From positions 4,337 to 68,336 of the forward strand of contig JBDRBY010000001.1 in assembly GCA_043822245.1 (NCBI GenBank): 64,000 nt of DNA, given 5' to 3'. Positions 8,307 to 16,599 of the stretch are shown here, piece after piece. Source of the stretch: Candidatus Omnitrophota bacterium. Lineage in GTDB: Bacteria > Omnitrophota > Gorgyraeia > Tantalellales > Tantalellaceae. Under the pieces are notes generated by a model, which worked only from the letters and a program-made list of their open reading frames with translations, ran no database searches and had not been told where the DNA came from. A program made the translations under genes and the position numbers. Every line of letters starts with the position of its first letter. Position 1 is the stretch's first letter.

Positions 8307-8962
8307 TCTCCAAATATTTTTGTGCCGATTCGGATTATGTTCGCGCCTTCGGCTATCGCGGCGCGATAAGAGTTTGTCATGCCCATTGAAAGATACCGCA
8401 TTTCTACTTCCGCGAGGCCTGCCGACTTTACTTTTTCGAATACACTGCTTGTTTCAACAAAATAAGGCCGGGCATCGTCCGGATTTCCGGAGGCCGGCCC
8501 CATCGTCATTAATCCCTGTACTTTTATGTTGGTCAAAAGCGCGATTTGTTTAACAAGTTCCATAACTTTTTCAGGCAATACACCGTATTTCTGAGATTCT
8601 CTCGCGCTGTTAACTTCAATAAATACCGGCATCACCTTACCGGCCGCTCCGCACCGCCTGTTTATCTCGTCAGCTAATTCTATTGAATCAACTGTTTCAA
8701 TCAAATCAAATATCTCTATGGCTTTTTTTATTTTGTTTTTTTGCAAATGGCCTATAAAATGCCATTTTACTTTGCCGCTGAGAGTATTAACTACCCTGGC
8801 GGCTTCTTGCACATAATTTTCTCCAATGATTTTTATCCCGGCATCAACAGCCTGTTGAATCTCGTCGCGGGTTCTTGTCTTAGCGACCGCTACCAACATA
8901 ACCCGCGTGGGAATTTCTTTTAGCAACTGCTCAACATTCTGTTTAATCAGGCCGCTTCTCAT
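8294..8962 (-). CDS. yggS: PLP homeostasis protein (YggS/PROSC family)
   Basis: LVAVAKT, GENYVQEA, WHFIGHLQKNK, GLMTM, LSMGMTNSY...AIAEGANIIRIGTKIFGER. Confidence 0.96.
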   Translation of the reverse strand: MRSGLIKQNVEQLLKEIPTRVMLVAVAKTRTRDEIQQAVDAGIKIIGENYVQEAARVVNTLSGKVKWHFIGHLQKNKIKKAIEIFDLIETVDSIELADEINRRCGAAGKVMPVFIEVNSARESQKYGVLPEKVMELVKQIALLTNIKVQGLMTMGPASGNPDDARPYFVETSSVFEKVKSAGLAEVEMRYLSMGMTNSYRAAIAEGANIIRIGTKIFGERNQ

Positions 8963-9618
8963 CTTGCTATAAGCCTTTGCGGTTTTTTATTTTTGGTATA
9001 ATCTCTCGGGCCGCATATTTTTTTCATATCACTCAGGCGGCCGCGCTGTTTTAAACGGTCATAAATTTCCAGCCAGGCGCAGTCCATATCTTTGTCAATT
9101 TCGCATTTCCCCCGTTTGGTTCCGCCGCATGGCCCGTTTACCAAACCTTTGGCACAAGATGTTACAGGACAAATTCCGGCTGTTTGCGAAAGCAGGCATT
9201 CTCCGCACAAAGAGCATTTTTGAGAAAATTTTATTTGTTTCAAGTTCGCTTCAATAATCGCGCCTTGAAAAAGTGTGTCATTGCCGGGAAGTACCTGCTT
9301 TTCCGTAACCTTGGCGGCAATAATTTGAGTTCCCCCTCCGCACGCGAAACTCAAAATCACGTCGGCATTATCTATCAGGGCTTGCTCTTTCCGGTAAAAC
9401 CTTTTTACTTCTACCGCGCTGCATGCGGGGTCCAAAACCGCCATTCCCAGAACTGAAATCTCTTTATCCAAAAGTTTTTTTGCCATGGCCTTTAGCTCCT
9501 CCTCTCCGCCCGTCTTACACGTAGAGGCGCAAACGGCGCATCCTGCTAAAAAGACCTTCGCTCCGCGCTCTATCTTTTCTGTTATTTCCGCAATGGGTTT
9601 TTGTTTTGTGACGATCAT
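8959..9618 (-). CDS. metV: MetV-like Cys-rich Fe-S/Zn protein (methylenetetrahydrofolate reductase C-terminal domain family)
   Basis: MIVTKQKP, GCAVCASTCKTGGEEE, ACGGG, CSLCGECLL...GICPVTSCAKGLVNGPCGG...CAW. Confidence 0.85.
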   Translation of the reverse strand: MIVTKQKPIAEITEKIERGAKVFLAGCAVCASTCKTGGEEELKAMAKKLLDKEISVLGMAVLDPACSAVEVKRFYRKEQALIDNADVILSFACGGGTQIIAAKVTEKQVLPGNDTLFQGAIIEANLKQIKFSQKCSLCGECLLSQTAGICPVTSCAKGLVNGPCGGTKRGKCEIDKDMDCAWLEIYDRLKQRGRLSDMKKICGPRDYTKNKKPQRLIAR

Positions 9619-9632
9619 GATTTAAACTTTTT

Positions 9633-9814
9633 TTAGGCAAGTGGAAAAAGCCTGTCATTTATGTTTATCCCTTTACCGGTCGGTACCTTATCAGCTCCCT
9701 TGGGCGGCTGTGTCCATATCCTGATGTCTATCACGTCATTGCCTGAAATTCGGATACGCGCACTTTTACATCTTGATATTTGTTTTTGGCGAATACCGCT
9801 ACATCCTTTTCCAT
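9633..9814 (-). pseudogene. Frameshifted PC4/YdbC-family ssDNA-binding protein
   Basis: SD GGAGG then ATG 9814: MEKDVAVFAKNKYQDVKVRVSEFQ; after a one-base frameshift near 9742 it continues GNDVIDIRIW...VPTGKGININ, the PC4 signature. Confidence 0.7.
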
Positions 9815-9840
9815 ATATTCCTCCTAATTTCACGACAGCC

Positions 9841-9868
9841 CATAGCCTGGGTTTAAACCCAGGCTATG
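9841..9868. repeat. Perfect 28-bp palindrome (REP-like)
   Basis: CATAGCCTGGGTTTAAACCCAGGCTATG. Confidence 0.85.
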
Positions 9869-9944
9869 AACTACCACCAGAGACCCTCAATATCAATAAT
9901 ATACGCGATAAACCCAAAATGCAAAAAAACTGAGAAAAAAGATC

Positions 9945-10049
9945 TTAATCCATTCTTTTTTTTTGAAATATTTTAAAAAAACAAAACACCGCCAGCCCTA
10001 AAATCAAAGCCCACGACAACAACATAAACACCCATCCTAATAAATTCAT
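9945..10049 (-). CDS. 34-aa single-TM small protein, probable MetS-like small subunit of the NSS transporter
   Basis: MNLLGWVFMLLSWALILGLAVFCFFKIFQKKRMD; starts just after the transporter stop; not in the ORF track. Confidence 0.7.
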   Translation of the reverse strand: MNLLGWVFMLLSWALILGLAVFCFFKIFQKKRMD

Positions 10050-10052
10050 AGG

Positions 10053-11621
10053 TTAGTTTCCCTCTTTTTCATTTACCCTTCGTTTTCCCCAGGCAAGTTT
10101 TACCATAATTGCCAGGGCGAGAAACAGTAGGCATAGGCAAACACGGGTTATTATCACGTAAATTTTATTATCCGCGGGCACGTTATCCATCCGCAGAATC
10201 GGAAGCCATTCTTGAAAAACCCACGCGGCAAGTACTGCTATCAGGAAGGCGGGGGTAACGTATTTGATGACATATTTATATGCTGCTGGTATCTTCATAT
10301 CCGCGCCGTGATGCACTTCTTCCCACGCTTTATTTATGCCGAATACCCATCCGAAGAGTATCACTTCAACCGCGGCAAAAAGCACTAAGCAAAATGTCCC
10401 GCCCCAGAAATCTAACTCATCAACGACACCTTTACCGAGGAAAAATATAACAGCGTTACACAATATAAAGGTGACTGCTCCAAATATCGCTACAGCCCTT
10501 TCCTTTGATACCTTGAATTCATCCTCCAAAAACGCGACCGCGGGCTGTGCCAGAGACACCGACGAAGTCACACCCGCGAGGAACAAAAGGCCAAACCATA
10601 AAAAACCAAAGAGTTCAGGCAAAGGCATCTGTTTGAAAATAAGCGGCATTGAAACAAAACCCAGATTAAACGCGCCTGAATTGGCGATATCTCCTATCGC
10701 CATGGGCCCGAAAAAAACAAACGCCGCCGGTATTACTATGCTGGCGCCAAGCACAACTTCCGCGATTTCATTCATGCTTACCGCGGTAAGGCCGGACAGC
10801 GCGACATCATCACCTTTTTTTAAATAACTGGCATATGTCAATATCACGCCAATCCCCACGCTTAGGGTAAAAAATATCTGCCCGGTCGCGGCAAGCCAAA
10901 CTTTCGCGCTTTTAAGAAGTGAAAAGTCAGGGTTCCACAAATATCCAAGCCCACCCGAAACATTCCAATCCGGGTTCGCGTGGTCTAAAACACCGAGAGT
11001 TAACACCCGAATAACCAGCACAATGCCAAAAATAAACAATGTCGGTACCGCGATTTTGCAAAATTTTTCTATCCCCCCGCGTATCCCATGTTTCAGAATA
11101 ACCATGTTGATCGCGAAAGTCATAAGGAAAAATACGTATGCTGGAAGTATGCTTGAAAAATGTTGATTTTTTTCTAAACCCTGAAACCCTCGCAGGAAGG
11201 CCTGCATGGAGGCTTGGCCGGCTATATTCGAATATTTTTGTGTTAAAGAAAAAAAACTATACGCCAAAGTCCAGGACTCAATATAGGTATAATAAATCAT
11301 AATGACAAGCGGACCGAATATACCTATAACACCGAAATATTTGATAAACCTGTTCTTTTTCCAAAGGCTGTGAAAAACACCGGGCGCGCTCGAGTGGCCA
11401 AAACCACCGCCATAACGCCCTATTGCCCATTCAACCCACATAAGAGGAATCCCTACCAAAAGAAGCGCTATGAAATAAGGTATCATAAACGCGCCGCCGC
11501 CGTTTTTCGCGGCTTGTACCGGAAACCGCAAAAAATTTCCTAATCCCACGGCTGACCCCGCTACCGCCATAATAACCCCCAAACGCGATCCCCATAAATC
11601 CCGAGGCTTCATGTTACTCAT
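10053..11621 (-). CDS. Sodium-dependent transporter, NSS/SNF family
   Basis: WGSRLG...AGSAVGLGNFLRFP...NGGGAFMIPY, AATGQIFFTLSVGIGVILTYASY. Confidence 0.96.
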   Translation of the reverse strand: MSNMKPRDLWGSRLGVIMAVAGSAVGLGNFLRFPVQAAKNGGGAFMIPYFIALLLVGIPLMWVEWAIGRYGGGFGHSSAPGVFHSLWKKNRFIKYFGVIGIFGPLVIMIYYTYIESWTLAYSFFSLTQKYSNIAGQASMQAFLRGFQGLEKNQHFSSILPAYVFFLMTFAINMVILKHGIRGGIEKFCKIAVPTLFIFGIVLVIRVLTLGVLDHANPDWNVSGGLGYLWNPDFSLLKSAKVWLAATGQIFFTLSVGIGVILTYASYLKKGDDVALSGLTAVSMNEIAEVVLGASIVIPAAFVFFGPMAIGDIANSGAFNLGFVSMPLIFKQMPLPELFGFLWFGLLFLAGVTSSVSLAQPAVAFLEDEFKVSKERAVAIFGAVTFILCNAVIFFLGKGVVDELDFWGGTFCLVLFAAVEVILFGWVFGINKAWEEVHHGADMKIPAAYKYVIKYVTPAFLIAVLAAWVFQEWLPILRMDNVPADNKIYVIITRVCLCLLFLALAIMVKLAWGKRRVNEKEGN

Positions 11622-12018
11622 AGCCCACCGGACCTCTCAGCTTTTTCTTTTTCGCTCTCTGCCTCTTGTTTTCAAGCATCTTTTCCTTGGCGCGTTTTGA
11701 ACGTTTCCTTTTTTGCCTGCGAATTTTTTCTATTTGTTTTCTCTTCGCCGAAACTTCACCGGTTACCGCATTTTCGATTTTTTCAACCAGTCTCCCGCGC
11801 GCCAAAAAACGATTAACCGCCTGGGATCTTTCGCTGGAGCATTTAACCTCAATTCCCGTTGGATTATGTTTTAGATAAACACAGGTAGAGACTTTGTTGA
11901 CATGCTGGCCACCACAGCCGGAGGATTTGATAAAACGCTCGGTGAGGTCACTTTCTTTTACTCCCCACCCGCGCATCTTTTCTTCAAGCGCCTTTTTTTT
12001 CGCGGACGAAACATTCAT
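11614..12018 (-). CDS. Peptide chain release factor-like ribosome rescue protein (ArfB/C12orf65-like)
   Basis: SGCGGQHVNK GGQ motif, RSQAVNR, long basic C-terminal tail, no codon-recognition domain. Confidence 0.85.
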   Translation of the reverse strand: MNVSSAKKKALEEKMRGWGVKESDLTERFIKSSGCGGQHVNKVSTCVYLKHNPTGIEVKCSSERSQAVNRFLARGRLVEKIENAVTGEVSAKRKQIEKIRRQKRKRSKRAKEKMLENKRQRAKKKKLRGPVGYE

Positions 12019-12038
12019 TAGTTCACAGGAACCTGTTT

Positions 12039-12986
12039 TTATCTGTTAAAGCAGGCGTCGACAAGATCTTCAAGCTTTGCTGTTGCTAAACACTGCACCG
12101 TGTCAGCTCCGCCGTAATAGATCTTTACTTCTCCCGTGTCTTCTAAAACCGCGCCGCATGTAAAGACTACCGCGTATGTAAGGCCGTTCAGTTCGTAATC
12201 CATACACGGGGAAAGTATCGGCGCTTTCGCGCGGGCAATTATTTTTGACGGATCTTTTAAATCAAGAAGCATAACTCCTAAGTGATAGACGTACTGCGCG
12301 GCACACTGCACGTTAACCGCGTGGTATATGACAAGCCACCCTTTGTTTGTCCGAATGGGCACGGCCCCGGGCCCGTTCTTTTTCCAACCCCATTCATCTT
12401 GTGTAGTGGCAACAGCCTTTGACTGCCCCCAATGTATCAAATCAGGAGAATATGATACCCATATGTATCCTTTTCCATCACCCGTGTTCGGACGATCAAG
12501 CCGGCAGTAAAAACCATTTACTTTTTCGGGAAAGAGAACCCCATTACGGTTATCTGTCTCTGAAATAAATCCTTTCCAGATAAACTGGCGCATATCCGGC
12601 GATTCCATAAGGCCAAGCCGGCATGAATGCCCGCTATGGCAGGCAAATACCAGATAATATTTGCCTTCAATCCTTGCCACTCTCGGGTCGTAGTACATAC
12701 CAGCGGTGTATTCTTTAAATTCATCCGTATCAGGCATTTTAATCGGTTCCGGGCGTAGTTTAAAATCGATACCGTTATCAGAATCCGCGGGCCAGATAAG
12801 CTGTTTCATGGAAGGAGTCTCCACACGGCATAGCATTACATATTTACCTTCAGGGGTTTTTATGCATCCGGAGTTGTACACTCCCTTCGCGGCGACTGGA
12901 ATATCATCTCTGGTGAGAATAGGATTTCCGGGATAACGAACAACAATATTTTCTTTATTTTTTGGGTAAATAACAGGCTGTGTCAT
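12039..12986 (-). CDS. GH130 family beta-mannoside phosphorylase/hydrolase
   Basis: RYPGNPIL, YNSG, YDPRV, NRNGVLFPEKVNG...LDRP, GPGAVPIRTNKGWLVIYHAV, VVFTCG, YYGGADT. Confidence 0.92.
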   Translation of the reverse strand: MTQPVIYPKNKENIVVRYPGNPILTRDDIPVAAKGVYNSGCIKTPEGKYVMLCRVETPSMKQLIWPADSDNGIDFKLRPEPIKMPDTDEFKEYTAGMYYDPRVARIEGKYYLVFACHSGHSCRLGLMESPDMRQFIWKGFISETDNRNGVLFPEKVNGFYCRLDRPNTGDGKGYIWVSYSPDLIHWGQSKAVATTQDEWGWKKNGPGAVPIRTNKGWLVIYHAVNVQCAAQYVYHLGVMLLDLKDPSKIIARAKAPILSPCMDYELNGLTYAVVFTCGAVLEDTGEVKIYYGGADTVQCLATAKLEDLVDACFNR

Positions 12987-13026
12987 GTCTTTTCCTTTCT
13001 TATTCAGTGTTTAAAAATTAGGTAGG

Positions 13027-14070
13027 CTATATTGTCAAAACAGAATCAACTGTGCCGAACGCATTTCTTTTCGCGGAAGGATTTTTGGGATCTCTTATCC
13101 ATTCTTCATCTACCAAAAACTTATACCGGTAAGTTCCTTTGTTTAAAATGAAATGAGCTGACCATTCCCCGTTTTCAAGCCTTGTCAATCTGCTTACTTC
13201 CGCCTTCTGCCACCCGTTAAAATCTCCAAGCACGTATACTCCCCCTGCCTCCGGAGCCTTAAACGCGAACTCATGGATAGCGGCCGAAGTATTCACGCCT
13301 TCGGCAGAGAGAATCTCACTCGTTAAATTGTAAAAATCCAAGGCAACGTTAGACTTACAATCAGTCTCAAATATTGTCCTGCCGACCTTGGCCGCTTCTC
13401 TTAATTTCATACTCACGCGCACTTTTGTTTTTAGCAGATATGGCCCCAGTTTGCGTATCGCGTCTTTTTCAAGTTCTCTTACAAACTTTGACCGATGGTC
13501 GTACATATTCATGACAAAAAAAATCGGCGGCCTTCTCCCTGTTTCCTTTTTTAAGAGCCCTGCCACGCGGTACACGCTGTTTATCCCATTAAACGAAAAG
13601 TAGCTCATATCCATCGGGACAACCATCATATCCGCGGCAAACATAGAATTGAGCGTGAGAAAACCAAAACTCGGAGGTGAATCAATTATCACATATTCGT
13701 ATTTTTCAAAAAACCGAGAAGCTAAAAGCCGGGACAGTATAGATGCCGCGCCTTTTACTGTTCCTAAATTAATTTCAGCCGCGCTCAGCATCATGTTTGC
13801 CGGAATGAACGAAAATTTTTCGCGGCCTGTTATAAGCATCTCTGCCACAGGAACATCCTTGCCGCTGAAGCGCGCTTTAAAAATATCGTAAGATGTTTTA
13901 CAATCAGAAGCCTTCTCGCTATATCCCAGAGCGAAAGTTGCGTGCGCCTGCGGGTCCAAATCTATCAGTAAAATCTCACTGCCAAACCGCGCGAGAGCCG
14001 CCGCGATATTCACCGCGAGTGTCGTTTTCCCACAGCCACCCTTTTGATTTGCAATTGATATGACCTTCAT
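13027..14070 (-). CDS. ParA-family ATPase fused to a C-terminal CBM48/AMPK-beta-type glycogen-binding domain
   Basis: [27 protein letters not shown]; C-terminus [16 protein letters not shown]...GEWS...[20 protein letters not shown]...NAFG. Confidence 0.92.
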   Translation of the reverse strand: MKVISIANQKGGCGKTTLAVNIAAALARFGSEILLIDLDPQAHATFALGYSEKASDCKTSYDIFKARFSGKDVPVAEMLITGREKFSFIPANMMLSAAEINLGTVKGAASILSRLLASRFFEKYEYVIIDSPPSFGFLTLNSMFAADMMVVPMDMSYFSFNGINSVYRVAGLLKKETGRRPPIFFVMNMYDHRSKFVRELEKDAIRKLGPYLLKTKVRVSMKLREAAKVGRTIFETDCKSNVALDFYNLTSEILSAEGVNTSAAIHEFAFKAPEAGGVYVLGDFNGWQKAEVSRLTRLENGEWSAHFILNKGTYRYKFLVDEEWIRDPKNPSAKRNAFGTVDSVLTI

Positions 14071-14094
14071 ATTGCTCCTCTTAGACCATTTTTT

Positions 14095-14378
14095 GGTATT
14101 GTCAAAAGTTTGTATCCGAATTTTTCTTAATCCTTCGCGTCTAAGACGGTCATCTAATATTAACCTTCATCCCCCTCAAACTTGTCATTGCAATCTCCGC
14201 GAAGCAATCTTATATTCTATCCCACCTTAAAATTCTCCCTGGCCCCCTTTTTCAAAGGGGGGAACGTTCTGACGCTCTTTCAAAGCGCGGAAATATATCT
14301 GTCCTTTTTTCAAAAAAGAGAAGCGAAACTACTTCATTATTTTTTTCATAATTCTTTCATGTTATTTTTAACATTATC
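14095..14378. mobile_element. MITE-like element, copy 2
   Basis: Same ends as 1975-2268 (GGTATTGTCAAAAGTT...TTATTTTTAACATTATC), one internal CCCCCTTTTTCAAAGGGGGGAACGTTCTGAC unit; flanks CATTTTTT and AATTTTTT. Confidence 0.7.
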
Positions 14379-14492
14379 AATTTTTTAATTTGAAAGAAGT
14401 ATAGCACACGAAAATAAAAAGGGAAAGGCGTATTTTTTTTCATAGCCCCTACACAAAGAACAAATTATGTGGCATACTATGACTGAATTTTT

Positions 14493-15380
14493 ATGTTTAA
14501 CATTTTAAAAAACAAAAACACTAACGACCAGATAGATTTTGAATTGTCCCGGACCTACTTTAGAAACTTTTCAAAAGAATCTGACTTTCAAAATACTGAG
14601 TCAAATATTCCATCGACTAAAATCAATCGAGTAAAACAGGTTTTCTTTGGAGCCGCGATTTTCGCGGTCACCGCGGTTATTGTTTTCTTCGGGGTACATT
14701 TTTTAAAAAGCAAAAGTGTTATATTTGAAGTCAAGCTTAACGTCGCGGATAATGCCACAGAAACTCCCGAAGCGTCAGTCCTTTCTCCCGCTCCCGTAAT
14801 GCCGGAGATTGTGGAAAAACAAAAAAAAGAAGAACCTCAGGTAGTCTTCACCAACGGCAGATTCCTTTCCGGATTTGAAAAAACTCTCGAAGGCTGGGAA
14901 CTTCCTGAATGGACACTTCAAAAAAACTCATACTCCGCGTCCTCAATAGCCAGAAGTACCGCCTTCGCCAGCAAAGGAAACGCGAGCGTCGCGCTTTCCC
15001 TTAACTTTCCCGGGACAGAATGGACTAGAGCTCTCATTGAAAACGAAGAATACTTCAATTTTAAAGATTTTGACGTGATTTTAGTGGATATTTACCTGCC
15101 CAAAACGGCTCCACACCGATTGCGTGGAAGTTTTGTCTTCACCACGGGCGACTCTTGGACTTTTATGGAAATGGCGCGCGGCAGACGGCTAAAGCCGGGC
15201 CAATGGACAACGATCGCGGCAAATATATCAGCCGGCAGTACCGACTGGAAAAGTGCTCACATAGACGAAGCGTTTAGACAAGACATCCACAAAATCGCCT
15301 TAAAAATCGAATCTGTAAACGTCCCCTACTCCGGAAGTGTATACATCGACAATATTCGCGTCGCGACAATACAAAAATAG
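14493..15380 (+). CDS. Membrane-anchored protein with a jelly-roll carbohydrate-binding-like domain (CBM27/mannanase-GBD-like)
   Basis: One TM helix, Pro-rich linker, then a Trp-rich domain (GFEKTLEGW, DIYLP, GDSWTF, LKPGQWTTI, YSGSVYIDNI). Confidence 0.6.
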   Translation: MFNILKNKNTNDQIDFELSRTYFRNFSKESDFQNTESNIPSTKINRVKQVFFGAAIFAVTAVIVFFGVHFLKSKSVIFEVKLNVADNATETPEASVLSPAPVMPEIVEKQKKEEPQVVFTNGRFLSGFEKTLEGWELPEWTLQKNSYSASSIARSTAFASKGNASVALSLNFPGTEWTRALIENEEYFNFKDFDVILVDIYLPKTAPHRLRGSFVFTTGDSWTFMEMARGRRLKPGQWTTIAANISAGSTDWKSAHIDEAFRQDIHKIALKIESVNVPYSGSVYIDNIRVATIQK

Positions 15381-15400
15381 CAATTACTTAGCGAAGGAAA

Positions 15401-15433
15401 AATCCCCCTCTGTCCCCCTTTTTCAAAGTGGGA
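15401..15433. repeat. CCCCCTTTTTCAAAG-family palindromic repeat between convergent genes
   Basis: AATCCCCCTCTGTCCCCCTTTTTCAAAGTGGGA. Confidence 0.7.
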
Positions 15434-15462
15434 AGTCGTGTTTGTTCCAAAGGTAGAATGAA

Positions 15463-16488
15463 TTATCCAAACAAATCATCCGCTTTGGCCTTTGAATTCG
15501 ATATTTCAGTTTTTTTTATCTCTTTGTCTGACCAAAGTTCTTCATTCTTGTCCTTGATAAAATATTTTCGGTTTTTCATGGAAACAAAACTGCTCCATGC
15601 CTGGCCCTCTTTGGATTGGGAAACTTGAATCTCTTTTACCGCGTTCGCCTGGGAAACAAGTTCATCTGTCTGATACACAATAGTCGCCTCAAGTGTCTTT
15701 GGAAGCACCGGCGACTGTTGTTCATACTCTCCGTGATGGCTTAAAATAATATGCTCTAAACGCAGGCGTAAATCATTAGGAAAATCCGGCACTTCCTGAA
15801 TTTTTTGACTGAGAATCCGATACCCGATGGCAATATGCCCTATGAGGCCGCCCTCAACGGTATATTCCATCTTTTTTATATCCAATTCGTACACCTTGCC
15901 TATATCATGTATAAATGCTCCAAAGATAGCCGCGTCTCTATCTGCTTCGGGATACAAAGAACACACGTTATCGACTATGAACATAACTTCATAGGTATGT
16001 TCCAAGAGGCCGCCGATATACGCGTTATGCCAATTTTTTGCCCCTATTCCATCTTTAAACAAAACCATTAGCTCTGTATCCCGGATAAAACATTCGGCTA
16101 ACCGGCTTATCCATGTGTTTTTTATGTTCTTCAAATAACCAATCACAAATCCAAAAAACGTATCCCGGTTTTCTGCCACACGCACCATATCTTCGTACCG
16201 AAACGCCCTTTCATCCGCTTTCACGATATGATCCACTTTCAATTGTTTCTCTTCACGATACTTATCCACCACACCCGTCACGCACACAACATCACCGGTA
16301 TCCGCGGCATCATTAAATTCTTCCGCGTTATCCCACAAACGGCCCTCTATTTTACCCGTTTTGTCTGAAAGAGTCATTTGGAGATACGGTTTGTCATATT
16401 TTGTCAATTTTAGTTCCTTTTTCCTAAGCATAAAAAAAGAATCTATTTTTTCGTTAACCTTAAAATCAGAAATAAATTTTTTGTCCAT
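15463..16488 (-). CDS. yhaM: 3'-5' exoribonuclease YhaM/Cbf1 family (OB fold plus HD domain)
   Basis: KPYLQMTLSDKTGKIEGRLWD; HNAYIGGLLEHT, HDIGKV, GGLIGHI, HIILSHHG. Confidence 0.92.
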   Translation of the reverse strand: MDKKFISDFKVNEKIDSFFMLRKKELKLTKYDKPYLQMTLSDKTGKIEGRLWDNAEEFNDAADTGDVVCVTGVVDKYREEKQLKVDHIVKADERAFRYEDMVRVAENRDTFFGFVIGYLKNIKNTWISRLAECFIRDTELMVLFKDGIGAKNWHNAYIGGLLEHTYEVMFIVDNVCSLYPEADRDAAIFGAFIHDIGKVYELDIKKMEYTVEGGLIGHIAIGYRILSQKIQEVPDFPNDLRLRLEHIILSHHGEYEQQSPVLPKTLEATIVYQTDELVSQANAVKEIQVSQSKEGQAWSSFVSMKNRKYFIKDKNEELWSDKEIKKTEISNSKAKADDLFG

Positions 16489-16511
16489 GATAACTCCTTT
16501 TGTTTCATTTT

Positions 16512-16587
16512 TTTGTCATTCCCACGAATAGCGGGAATCTGTAACTCGCTTATCTTGATGGATTCCCGCTTTCGCGGGAATGACAAA
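16512..16587. repeat. GTCATTCCCGC...GCGGGAATGAC palindromic element (RPE/dRS3-like)
   Basis: TTTGTCATTCCCACGAATAGCGGGAATC...GATTCCCGCTTTCGCGGGAATGACAAA. Confidence 0.85.
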
Positions 16588-16599
16588 TGGGGCAGTTCT

